64,000 nt of DNA from Alphaproteobacteria bacterium UBA830 (GCA_002295635.1 DBHK01000017.1:25396-89395); one strand, 5' to 3'. Shown: positions 20,897 to 30,466, counted from the stretch's first letter. Notes: generated from the sequence alone by a model not told the origin. Program-made: numbers and translations.

Positions 20897-23335
20897 ATGT
20901 CTAAGCGCATGCTTGTCGATGGTGCGCACCCTGAAGAGATTCGGGTTGTGGTTACAACAGGCAAACGTCTCGACGAATATGACATCGAGACCAGTTTCAA
21001 GAAACAGGTCAAAGGTAATATCTACCTCGCGAAGGTGACTCGGGTAGAACCGTCTTTGCAAGCTGCATTCGTTGATTTCGGCGGTAACCGTCATGGATTC
21101 CTCGCCTTCAGCGAGATTCATCCTGACTACTACCAAATTCCCATGGAGGATAGGCAAGCCCTCATTGAGGAGCAGGAGGAACTCGAACGTGAAGCCCGTG
21201 CCGCCCGAGAACATCTGGAAGACATTGACGGCGACGTCGGAGAGGACGCCGATGACGTTGATGTGGACGAAGCAGGTGATTCTTCAGAAATAGAAATTGA
21301 CGGCGAAGAACCGAAATATGACGGCAATTTAGAGGTTGAGTCCTACCCAGAGGAGATTAAAGAGTCCGATGGCACATCCCATGATGAAACTCTCGCAGAA
21401 AATACCGAAGTAGACCCTTCAGAAGCCACGAGGTCTCGCGACTCGGGAGGTGAAAGCTCCGACGCCGACAATGTCTCAGAGGCCTCGATACGCCGGAACA
21501 CCCGAGGCGTACGACGCTATAAAATCCAAGAAGTAATTAAACGCCGGCAGATCCTTCTGGTTCAGGTGGTAAAGGAGGAGCGAGGCAACAAAGGGGCAGC
21601 GCTGACCACATACATCTCCCTCGCCGGTCGCTATTGCGTTCTAATGCCGAACTCCTCGCGCGGGGGAGGAATATCACGAAAGATCACCGGGCCTAAGGAA
21701 CGCCGTAAGCTCCGCGACACACTCAACTCACTCGATATGCCAGACGGGATGGGCGTTATTATCCGGACAGCTGGTCTCGAACGCAGCAAAATGGAGATCA
21801 AACGCGATTTCGAATACCTTATCCGCGCATGGGACCAAGTCAGGGAGACAACGTTAGAGTCTACCGCACCTAATATGGTTTACGAGGAAGGAGACATCAT
21901 TAAGCGCGCGATACGCGACGTTTACAGTAAAGATATCGAAGAAATACAGGTTGAGGGCACGGAGACATACCAGACCGCTAAGCGATTTATGCGATTAATG
22001 ATGCCGAGTCATGCCAAACGGGTGCAACAGTACCGCGACGGCACAATTCCGTTGTTCCAGAGATACCAGATTGAGCAGCAGTTAGATGCAATGCACAACC
22101 CGGAAGTTCAATTGAAATCGGGTGGTTACATTGTGATTAACCCCACAGAGGCCCTTGTTGCTATTGATGTGAACTCCGGAAAATCCACCCGAGAACGCAA
22201 CATTGAAGAAACAGCGGTTAAGACAAATATCGAAGCGGCAGAGGAAGTTGCACGCCAACTACGCCTCCGTGATTTAGCTGGCCTCATTGTCATAGACTTC
22301 ATCGATATGGAAGACGGCCGAAATGTCCGTAAGGTTGAAAGGCGTCTTAAAGATGCAATGAAAACAGATCGGGCCCGATTGCAGATAGGGCGTATCAGTA
22401 ATTTTGGTTTATTAGAACTATCACGCCAGCGTCTTCGCCCAAGCCTGCTAGAAACAAGTACTCAGATTTGCCCAAATTGTCGGGGTACGGGATATGTTCT
22501 GTCGACGGAATCAATGGCAATGCGCGTCCTGCGCACAATAGAGGAAGAAGGCATTCGGATGCGGACGAGCGAGATCACCGTCCGTATCCCGACAGAAGTG
22601 GCGTTGTACATCCTAAATCAGAAGCGTTCTACGTTGGTGAATATGGAAGAAAGGTACGGCTTTCAGGTAATCCTAGAAGGTGACGATACGATCGTACCGC
22701 CTGATATTGATATCGAACGTATAAAAGGACGGCCGGAACCGGTAGCCAGAGGCAAGGATACCGCGCAACATATTACGGGTACCGATACCAAAGAACCTGA
22801 GAACTCGGTTGACAATGCTTCTATAGAAAATGCGGGAAAAGAAGAGAAATCTGATAGACCTAAACGCAGTCGCCGGCGCCGAAGTCGCCGACGCCCCGAT
22901 AATGGCGATGCCCCCACCGAAGCAGAATCTAAGAAAAATGGAGCAGATGAAAGTCCGGACGCACTTAAAGCTGACCAAGAAGACAACGCAGATGAAAAAT
23001 CAGGATCTCAGCGTCGCCGTCGAGGCCGCCGAGGAGGAAGACGTCGGAATCGTAATGCCAATTCCGAAACCCAAGATAGCATAATAACAGGAAAGCAAAA
23101 TGCACGAACCGGAAACGATCAAGCGTTGGACGAAGAGACGCCATCTTCCGGAACCGTTTCAGTCGGGACACAAAAACAAGTCAACCTCTCCAAAAACCAA
23201 TCGGGAGAGATCGCAGAATCTACTTTAATTGATACCTTCGACAGTGGAAAAGAGCTCTCAGATAATAACGAAACTACGGCAACAGGCGATGACAAACCCA
23301 GACGCCGGGGCTGGTGGCAGAAAATAATTGACTAG
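20897..23335 (+). CDS. rne: ribonuclease E
   Basis: MSKRMLVDGAHPEEIRV, GNIYLAKVTRVEPSLQAAFV, DVNSG, IDFIDM, Zn-link CPNC, acidic S1 insertion, Arg-rich CTD ending GWWQK. GGAGA SD before ATG 20897. Confidence 0.98.
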   Translation: MSKRMLVDGAHPEEIRVVVTTGKRLDEYDIETSFKKQVKGNIYLAKVTRVEPSLQAAFVDFGGNRHGFLAFSEIHPDYYQIPMEDRQALIEEQEELEREARAAREHLEDIDGDVGEDADDVDVDEAGDSSEIEIDGEEPKYDGNLEVESYPEEIKESDGTSHDETLAENTEVDPSEATRSRDSGGESSDADNVSEASIRRNTRGVRRYKIQEVIKRRQILLVQVVKEERGNKGAALTTYISLAGRYCVLMPNSSRGGGISRKITGPKERRKLRDTLNSLDMPDGMGVIIRTAGLERSKMEIKRDFEYLIRAWDQVRETTLESTAPNMVYEEGDIIKRAIRDVYSKDIEEIQVEGTETYQTAKRFMRLMMPSHAKRVQQYRDGTIPLFQRYQIEQQLDAMHNPEVQLKSGGYIVINPTEALVAIDVNSGKSTRERNIEETAVKTNIEAAEEVARQLRLRDLAGLIVIDFIDMEDGRNVRKVERRLKDAMKTDRARLQIGRISNFGLLELSRQRLRPSLLETSTQICPNCRGTGYVLSTESMAMRVLRTIEEEGIRMRTSEITVRIPTEVALYILNQKRSTLVNMEERYGFQVILEGDDTIVPPDIDIERIKGRPEPVARGKDTAQHITGTDTKEPENSVDNASIENAGKEEKSDRPKRSRRRRSRRRPDNGDAPTEAESKKNGADESPDALKADQEDNADEKSGSQRRRRGRRGGRRRNRNANSETQDSIITGKQNARTGNDQALDEETPSSGTVSVGTQKQVNLSKNQSGEIAESTLIDTFDSGKELSDNNETTATGDDKPRRRGWWQKIID

Positions 23336-23368
23336 AACTAATATAAGATCGGAACCAAGCATAACCCA

Positions 23369-24520
23369 TCACCTGTCGATCCATCTGTTCAATCGCTGTG
23401 CCGCCTCGTCTATTGTGGGAGTATCTCCAGCAAATGAAATCCGGATTGTAGAACCTCCGCGATAGCGGTCAAAGTCAGTGCCGGGAGCTACTGCGATGCC
23501 GGATTCATTTAGCATACGGCGGCAAAATTCTTCGCTATTATTGGTAAGATGCGAAATATCAGCATAGATGTAAAATGCACCGTCGGCCGGCGCCAGTTTA
23601 GTTAGGCCTAATTTGGGCAACTCGCCTAATAACAGTTCCCGGTTCGCAGCATAACGCGCAACGTTTTGATCCAGCTCCTCTTTGCAGTCAAAGGCCACAC
23701 TTGCCGCGTGCTGGGATAAAGCAGGTACGGAAATAAAAATATTCTGAGCCAAACACTCAATTGATCGGTCAAGCTGTTCCGGAATAACCATCCAGCCCAC
23801 ACGCCATCCAGTCATAGAGTAGAACTTGGAAAAACTGTTAATCACAACGGCGTTCTGGGTATAGGCCAATGCTGTGACGCCGGGCATTTCGTATGTAATA
23901 CCATGATAGATCTCATCGGAGATGAGCCGGATACCTCGATCATCGCAATACATTGTGAGCGCGGCCATCTCGTTCGCAGAGATCATAGTACCAGTCGGAT
24001 TAGCCGGGCTAGCCACAACGAGACCATCAATATCACCGTCGATCCCATCCAGCAGTTCGGGAGTGATCTGATAACGATATTCTGCGGTTACAGGAATTCC
24101 GACCGATTCTATTCCGAGTGCCGCCAGAATATTACGGTAAGCGGGATAGCCTGGATCCGCGAGTATTACTCGGTCACCGGAATCGAATGCCGCCAAAAAC
24201 GCCAGCATAAAACCACCAGACGACCCGGTAGTAACTACGACACGTTCTTTGGCAAGGTCGATATCATAGGTCTCACGATAATGTTGCGTGATCCTTTTAC
24301 GAAGTTTATCAATTCCAAGTGCTTCGGTGTATCCGAGTTTGTCAGTAGCCAGTGCACGCTGTGCAGCTGCGATCACGCCAGAGGGCGCTCCGGTCGAGGG
24401 TTGTCCTACTTCCAGATGAAGGATATTGCGGCCGATACTTTCAAGGCGGTTAGCCTCACGCATAACGTCCATGACAATGAAGGGTGCTACTTGACCCCGC
24501 GAGGATTTCTTAAGAGCCAT
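23369..24520 (-). CDS. PLP-dependent class I/II aminotransferase
   Basis: HLEVGQP, SPANPTG, ISDEIYHG, NSFSKFYSMTGWRVGW. Confidence 0.93.
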   Translation of the reverse strand: MALKKSSRGQVAPFIVMDVMREANRLESIGRNILHLEVGQPSTGAPSGVIAAAQRALATDKLGYTEALGIDKLRKRITQHYRETYDIDLAKERVVVTTGSSGGFMLAFLAAFDSGDRVILADPGYPAYRNILAALGIESVGIPVTAEYRYQITPELLDGIDGDIDGLVVASPANPTGTMISANEMAALTMYCDDRGIRLISDEIYHGITYEMPGVTALAYTQNAVVINSFSKFYSMTGWRVGWMVIPEQLDRSIECLAQNIFISVPALSQHAASVAFDCKEELDQNVARYAANRELLLGELPKLGLTKLAPADGAFYIYADISHLTNNSEEFCRRMLNESGIAVAPGTDFDRYRGGSTIRISFAGDTPTIDEAAQRLNRWIDR

Positions 24521-24523
24521 AAT

Positions 24524-25849
24524 CTAGAGCGTTGCGCTTACAGCCAAGCCGTGACCTGCAGGATCTGCGCTGAATATGCAGGAATCGGTGTTCTCACGAG
24601 CGCCCTCTGGGCAATAAATTACATTAGCCCGACCATTAGTGTCTTTAATCGGGCCGAAAAGCGTCTTGGGAAGAACCCTGGCGTCAAAAATCCGTCGCGC
24701 GGTACTCATTGCTCTTTCCGCACCGTCTCGGCCACCCGAACCACTGATAGCCCCCCGGGTATCCTTGAGTGCCCTGTTTAGAAAAAGCATCGGCACTCCA
24801 GAGAAAGAGCCGCTCGCCAGAGGTGCTGCCATTAGTATTCCGCTTGGCCCGATCATGCTCCCTGCACCAAATATTCCGTTGGTTGAAACGACGCAAGCTG
24901 TTCCGCCGCCCTCGCGATCGACAGTTATAAATCCGGCACTCTCCTGGTCAGCTTGATAATCGCGGTCTATCATAGATCCGGATCCGCGCCAGATCGCGGC
25001 CGCCAGATCACCCCACCTGTTCGCCGGTAGGTGTAGTTCATCTCTACCCAAATTAAATTTTTGCGTTTTGAGCCATCTGGGACGATATTCGCGTAGCACC
25101 GACAATGGTATGTCCGTCCCCGCAGCGGCTCCGAGGCCTTGGGCCAGCTGTTTTGCAAATTCTCCACTGTAAAAATCACCTGGACCCCTTAAACGTATGC
25201 GGGAGAGGGATGAGGACAGTTCGAACTGTTTGAGGTTGTAGCCCTCCCCAACTATCTTGCCGGATGAAACAAACAAACGTCGAATAGCGGGGTCCGTCAA
25301 TAACCTGAGTGGTACGGCAACTAATCGGCGTGCAAATGCCCGCGAGATCGGATTTCCAAATCGGGCTAACTGTTCCGCCGGCAATATAAGCGATTCCCAT
25401 TTTAACTTTCCGTAACGGGCGTGTAGCGCAAACATACCTCTTACAGCGCCGGGTACCATGATGGTTTTACCATCCTTTTCGAATAGCTGCGCTCTGAAAT
25501 CGATCGCCTCAACAACATCTTGGCGCCCGCCGAAAATCATACACATGCCACCCCCGCCAAGGCTCGCAGCCCCCGGATAGGTTACCGATAAGGCGAAGTA
25601 GGTAGCAACTGCGGCATCAACTGCGTTCCCTCCCGAAGAGAGAATATCTCGTCCGATCAACGCCGACTTCGGCTCATCAGATACAACACCTCCGAAACCC
25701 GAGGTCACGAACCCGACCTGTCCTGCAGGCGGCCCGCCGCCGCCGCAAGCTCCGGATATCAGAGAGACTGCTAATACTACGATTGATTGACGGACCCGGG
25801 AGCAAACCTTACTTATAAGGTTACGATAGAAAGTTCCGCCCGTGCGCAA
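24524..25849 (-). CDS. gamma-glutamyltransferase-fold lipoprotein (shortened, catalytic Thr absent)
   Basis: GGNAVDAAVA...SLGGGG, IDFR, VPGAVRG...YGKLKW; lipobox-like LISGAC. Start uncertain; the only nearby in-frame start is TTG 25849. Confidence 0.75.
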   Translation of the reverse strand: MRTGGTFYRNLISKVCSRVRQSIVVLAVSLISGACGGGGPPAGQVGFVTSGFGGVVSDEPKSALIGRDILSSGGNAVDAAVATYFALSVTYPGAASLGGGGMCMIFGGRQDVVEAIDFRAQLFEKDGKTIMVPGAVRGMFALHARYGKLKWESLILPAEQLARFGNPISRAFARRLVAVPLRLLTDPAIRRLFVSSGKIVGEGYNLKQFELSSSLSRIRLRGPGDFYSGEFAKQLAQGLGAAAGTDIPLSVLREYRPRWLKTQKFNLGRDELHLPANRWGDLAAAIWRGSGSMIDRDYQADQESAGFITVDREGGGTACVVSTNGIFGAGSMIGPSGILMAAPLASGSFSGVPMLFLNRALKDTRGAISGSGGRDGAERAMSTARRIFDARVLPKTLFGPIKDTNGRANVIYCPEGARENTDSCIFSADPAGHGLAVSATL

Positions 25850-27209
25850 TGCAAAGTCCTCCTTGCTAGTTATCTCTGCTTTTGTCGCGTTTCTATCTCT
25901 AAAATGGGCCCTGGCACCCACTCCGGCTGAGGCCTCCAGCATCCGCGACGCAGAGATAGAACATACCATTCGCGTTTATGCTTCGCCACTTCTGAAATCT
26001 GCTGGTTTAGAGCCATCGGACGTCAGTCTACATATATTAAACGATAAGGCCGTTAATGCGTTCGTCGCTGGCGGTCAGCGCATATTCTTAACTAGCGGGC
26101 TGCTAATGTCAGCTGACCGGCCAGAGCAGGTAGTCGGCGTGCTCGCGCATGAAATTGGCCACATAATCGGCGGACACCTTGCGCGAATGAACGGCGCAGT
26201 AGCTGATGCACGGAATAAGGCACTCATCGGACAACTTGTGGGTTTTGCGCTGGGGGTCCTCTCAAAGGATAGTAGTGTGCTGGCTGCAACAAGTTTAAAA
26301 GGTTCAGATATTGCCCTACAGGGTTTGCTCAAATTTTCTCGAACACAGGAGAGGTCTGCCGACCAAGTTGCAGCCGATCTCCTTGAAAATACAGGCACCT
26401 CCGCTTCGGGCCTCCTAGAATTTTTTGAGATTCTAAAGGACCAAGAATTACTAGTACGGGCGCGGCAGGATAATTATGCTGTAACTCATCCTCTAACTCA
26501 GGATAGGATCGCATTCATACGGGAACACATAGATAACTCACGTTTTTCTGCTAATCGTCTTCCGGATCGAATTCAGGTCATGCATGACCGGATGGTTGCA
26601 AAGCTAAGAGCTTTCATAAATCCGCCACGCCAAACGTTATTAGAGTATTCTGAGGATGACCCGGCTATCAGTTCTCGCTACGCACGTGCAATAGCACTCT
26701 ATCGAGACGCCCGAGTAGACAAAGCGCTGGAGCTGGTAGACGAATTAATAGAAATAGCGCCAGATGATCCCTATTTTCACGAGTTGTTAGGGCAGATATT
26801 GTTCGAAAATGCTCGACTGAAGGGGGCATTGCCTGCCTACGAGCGGGCAGTCGAATTTCGACCGCGAGAACCATTGCTGCGTGTTGGTCTCGCGCATGTA
26901 CAGATTGAGCTAAACAGTCCTGACTTGATTAAGTCGGCTATCAACAACTTAGAACAGGCGCAGCGTTATGACAGACTGATGCCCTTTTCATGGCAGTTAG
27001 CCGCAACTGCGTATGGTAGGAACGGTCAACTCGGAGTATCATCCTTGGCATTAGCCGAATACAACTTGCTTTTAGGTAAGTTTTTGGATGCCCAAGGACA
27101 AGCGCGCAAGGCTGCCCGTTTGCTCCCAACGAATTCACCCGGATGGCTGCGCGCACAGGACATCAAAGCTACCGCAAGGCGTGCCCGCGAGCGCCAAAGT
27201 ACCAGATAA
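25842..27209 (+). CDS. M48 metalloprotease with TPR repeats (BepA/YfgC-like)
   Basis: Signal peptide, IRDAEIE, NAFVAGG, HEIGH zinc motif, SRTQERSAD, THP, C-terminal TPRs. Confidence 0.92.
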   Translation: MRNAKSSLLVISAFVAFLSLKWALAPTPAEASSIRDAEIEHTIRVYASPLLKSAGLEPSDVSLHILNDKAVNAFVAGGQRIFLTSGLLMSADRPEQVVGVLAHEIGHIIGGHLARMNGAVADARNKALIGQLVGFALGVLSKDSSVLAATSLKGSDIALQGLLKFSRTQERSADQVAADLLENTGTSASGLLEFFEILKDQELLVRARQDNYAVTHPLTQDRIAFIREHIDNSRFSANRLPDRIQVMHDRMVAKLRAFINPPRQTLLEYSEDDPAISSRYARAIALYRDARVDKALELVDELIEIAPDDPYFHELLGQILFENARLKGALPAYERAVEFRPREPLLRVGLAHVQIELNSPDLIKSAINNLEQAQRYDRLMPFSWQLAATAYGRNGQLGVSSLALAEYNLLLGKFLDAQGQARKAARLLPTNSPGWLRAQDIKATARRARERQSTR

Positions 27210-27334
27210 TAAACAAATTCTAACGCCGAAATTCGAAAGATCGTGGCCACGCTACTAGGCAGTAGCCAAAAACCGTAAAAAAATAGAGTAAAATTGTCAC
27301 GAAGGTACTTAATTCCAAGAATTAACATTGACTC

Positions 27335-27970
27335 TTAATATGGCTCTTTGGACGGTTGAGCACTATCAAAAGCGGTAAGCTTCATACACTCCGCAAAAAT
27401 TCCCATTAGCCTCGGATAGGAAGATAGCTCGCATTCGTAGCGCTGAGCGTTAAATACTTGGGGTACAATGCAAATATCGACGAGCCCAGGCGTATCGCCG
27501 TGAGCAAAAACACCCATGCCCCCGTCTGTTGCTAGGTGCGACTCCAGCGCGTTGAACCCTTCATAAATCCAATGCCGGTACCAGGTGACCTCTACGGCAT
27601 CTCGTGCGGCTCCCATTTGGCTGCCAAGAAACTTCAAAATCGCCAGATTGTTCAACGGATGTATATCGCAGGCGATGATATCGGCTAGACCTCGGACACG
27701 AGCGCGTCCTAGTGGATCATCGGGCAGAAATGCAGGATCTGGATTTGTCTCATCCAGATACTCAATTATGGCCATTGACTGATAAAGAATTTTATCTCCA
27801 TCAACCAACGTTGGTACGCGCCCCTGCGGGTTGATCTCTTTATAACTCTCATCGAACTGGTCGCCGTTTGGCAAACTAATATTGAAATGTTGCCACGCAA
27901 TTTTTTTAAGGTTAAGCGCGATGCGCACCCGAAAGGCAGCAGACGAGCGGGAAAAGCCATAAAGTTTCAT
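27335..27970 (-). CDS. maiA: maleylacetoacetate isomerase (zeta-class GST)
   Basis: MKLYGFSRSSAAFRVRIALNLK, NPQGRVP, IACDIHPLNNL, VPQVFNAQR. GGAGA SD before ATG 27970. Confidence 0.92.
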   Translation of the reverse strand: MKLYGFSRSSAAFRVRIALNLKKIAWQHFNISLPNGDQFDESYKEINPQGRVPTLVDGDKILYQSMAIIEYLDETNPDPAFLPDDPLGRARVRGLADIIACDIHPLNNLAILKFLGSQMGAARDAVEVTWYRHWIYEGFNALESHLATDGGMGVFAHGDTPGLVDICIVPQVFNAQRYECELSSYPRLMGIFAECMKLTAFDSAQPSKEPY

Positions 27971-28054
27971 GGGTCTCTCCAAATGATTGTTGTTAGAGTT
28001 TACGGGTGACGCCGTTTGCAATCCATACACCGCGACCAATAATTTGCCACGACG

Positions 28055-29185
28055 TTAGATATAATATTCAGTAAGCGGTGGGAAGCCGTTGAAACCAATA
28101 GAGGAATATGTTGCGGTATAAGCACCGGTACTAAGGATCTCGATCCGATCGCCAGCCGAAAGATCAAGCGGAAGCGAGTACCCAGCAGCATCATATAGGA
28201 CATCCACCTCATCGCAGGTGGGGCCAGCGAGAACTACGGGGCCCGTCGGGCCGCCGTCATACAGCGTAGTTATACGATACTGGATCGCCTCTTCAAAGGT
28301 CTCTGGAAGACCCCCGAATTTCCCAATATCGAGAAAAATCCACCGACGATCGGGTTCCCGCGACTTTTCTGCGATGAGAATGATCTCTGTCTGAATGATT
28401 CCCGCGTCCCCAACGATATAACGTCCTGGCTCCGCGATCACGCGTGGCGGCTTATCCCCGAAACAACGCTCCAGTGCATCCTTTATTTGGTTGGCATAGA
28501 CATTCAAAGGTTCTACGGACTGACTGTAATTAGCGGGGAAGCCACCTCCAATATTCAGCATTGTCAAGTGAATGCCAAGCCGCGAAAGTTCTTCGAAGAT
28601 CATTGCGCATCGTTTAATTGCCCGATGCCACTGCAGAGGATCTCGCTGTTGGGACCCGACGTGAAATGAAAGGCCTGCTGGCACCATTCCTCTCTCGCCA
28701 GCTTCTCTCAGCATCCATACTGCCTGATCGGCTTCGCATCCAAACTTGCGGGAGAGGGGCCAGTCTGATCCCGTACCATCCACATAAACCCTGCAATAGA
28801 CCCGAGCGCCCGGCGCCACCTCCGAAAGTTTCACTAATTCGGCAAGGCTGTCGAAGGCAAAAAGTCTAACTCCATAATCATAAGCTTGCGCAATATCTCG
28901 CTTTTTTTTTATCGTATTACCGTATCCAATCCGATCAACTCCAATACTCCGATCAAGACAGGATTCGATCTCATAGATGCTTGCCGTATCGAAGTATGAC
29001 CCAAGTGAATTTAGAAGACTAAGGACCTCACCGGCGGGATTTGCCTTCATCGCATAGTAGATATCTGACCCGGGTAACGCACGTGTCAGATCTTTATAAT
29101 TGGCCTCAACCATATCAAGGTCGACAACAAGACATGGCGTATCCGGCCTACTCTCTTTGAGAAAATTTCGAATCTTTTTCGTCAT
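28055..29185 (-). CDS. ornithine/lysine decarboxylase (fold type III PLP)
   Basis: YAMKANP, SRKFGC, SFHVGSQQ, NIGGGFP, EPGRYIV, GPTCD, GFNGF. Confidence 0.95.
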   Translation of the reverse strand: MTKKIRNFLKESRPDTPCLVVDLDMVEANYKDLTRALPGSDIYYAMKANPAGEVLSLLNSLGSYFDTASIYEIESCLDRSIGVDRIGYGNTIKKKRDIAQAYDYGVRLFAFDSLAELVKLSEVAPGARVYCRVYVDGTGSDWPLSRKFGCEADQAVWMLREAGERGMVPAGLSFHVGSQQRDPLQWHRAIKRCAMIFEELSRLGIHLTMLNIGGGFPANYSQSVEPLNVYANQIKDALERCFGDKPPRVIAEPGRYIVGDAGIIQTEIILIAEKSREPDRRWIFLDIGKFGGLPETFEEAIQYRITTLYDGGPTGPVVLAGPTCDEVDVLYDAAGYSLPLDLSAGDRIEILSTGAYTATYSSIGFNGFPPLTEYYI

Positions 29186-29567
29186 TGCCGATGCGTTTTA
29201 GCTTGCCGCCTCAGCTGCGGAAAGAAAATTCCGCCAAGTTTTCGTCTTTTGGACGATAGAAGATAAATATCTTCACAGTATTCTGTGCCTAATTCCATTG
29301 ATTGGTATATTGTATGGATTAAGCATAATTTACTTTTCCATGATTACTACATTTAAACAATCTGAGTGGATTCATTTTAAAGTCCGAACAAATCGGTTTT
29401 ATGGTATGGAATAACAGTGCGTAGTTAAAGCGTAGGGAAACACAAATGTGCCGAATCAATTTCGGCAAACCTCGGATCTCCGAGGGATAAACGGCATTGC
29501 TCTTATGAGACATCCTGCGGTAAGGCTTGTCGTATAAATTTGGAAACTTAACTTAGGATGATTTAAT

Positions 29568-30017
29568 ATTTCTCGCTTTCTAATCATTAACGGCCCAAAC
29601 CTTAACATGTTAGGCAATCGAGAGCCGGCGATCTACGGGAATACCAGCCTCGATGAAATCCGCGCCGACTGCGAAACCCATGCTTCAGGAATAGGCGCGG
29701 CTGTCGATTTCCGACAGTCAAACAACGAGGCGGAGATGATCGATTGGATCCAAGCGGCGCCTGAAAGTGCCGACGGCATAATCATCAATCCAGCAGCTTT
29801 TACTCACACGTCTATAGCCATTCTTGATGCGCTCGTCCTGACGGAGATACCGGTCATCGAGATACATATCTCTAATATCTTTCGCCGGGAGAGCTTCCGA
29901 CAGCACTCCTATGTTTCGATGGGTGCGACAGGCATTATCTCAGGATTTGGCGCTAGTGGTTATATTATGGCCATCGATGCATTGGTAAATTTATTAGCGG
30001 CCAAAAAGGAATTCTAA
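29568..30017 (+). CDS. aroQ: type II 3-dehydroquinate dehydratase
   Basis: (I)SRFLIINGPNLNMLGNREPAIYG, QSNNE, INPAAFTHTS, EIHISN..RE.FR. The conserved N-terminus extends upstream of ATG 29607 to an ATT codon. Confidence 0.93.
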   Translation: MSRFLIINGPNLNMLGNREPAIYGNTSLDEIRADCETHASGIGAAVDFRQSNNEAEMIDWIQAAPESADGIIINPAAFTHTSIAILDALVLTEIPVIEIHISNIFRRESFRQHSYVSMGATGIISGFGASGYIMAIDALVNLLAAKKEF

Positions 30018-30466
30018 TGGCGAATAAATTCGACATAGACCCTGACCTCATTAAGAAGCTTGCAGGTCTCCTTGAAGAGACCGGGTTGAGTGAAATCGAA
30101 TTCGAAAGTACGGGGAAACGTATCCGCGTCGCCCGATCCGTGATGGACACATCTCCAGCGGTAACGGTTGCCGCGTCGCCGTCCACTACCCAGACGACCG
30201 CGAGCGCCGAACTATCGATAGAACAACGCCAAGGCACATCGATCACTGCCCCAATGGTCGGAACCATATTCTTATCGCCGGAGCCAGGGGCAGAGCAGTT
30301 TATTCAAGTGGGCGATACTATTTCAGAAGGTCAGACTGTAATGCTGATAGAAGCGATGAAAACCTACAACCCCGTCCGGGCAACGAAAAGCGGTAAAGTG
30401 ACACAAATACTCGTTGCGGATTCGACACCTGTCGAATTCGGCGAGGAATTGTTGTTGATCGAGTAA
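30017..30466 (+). CDS. accB: acetyl-CoA carboxylase biotin carboxyl carrier protein
   Basis: APMVGT, EAMKT biotinylation site, PVEFGE. Confidence 0.97.
   Translation: MANKFDIDPDLIKKLAGLLEETGLSEIEFESTGKRIRVARSVMDTSPAVTVAASPSTTQTTASAELSIEQRQGTSITAPMVGTIFLSPEPGAEQFIQVGDTISEGQTVMLIEAMKTYNPVRATKSGKVTQILVADSTPVEFGEELLLIE

Noticed and set aside
21170-21500. Acidic low-complexity insertion and Arg-rich blocks in RNase E
   Set aside because: Known features of alphaproteobacterial RNase E (S1 insertion, charge-patterned CTD); not an intein or repeat element.
23903-24781. 292-aa plus-strand ORF opposite the aminotransferase and GGT-like genes
   Set aside because: Antisense shadow spanning two real genes, with no recognisable domain.
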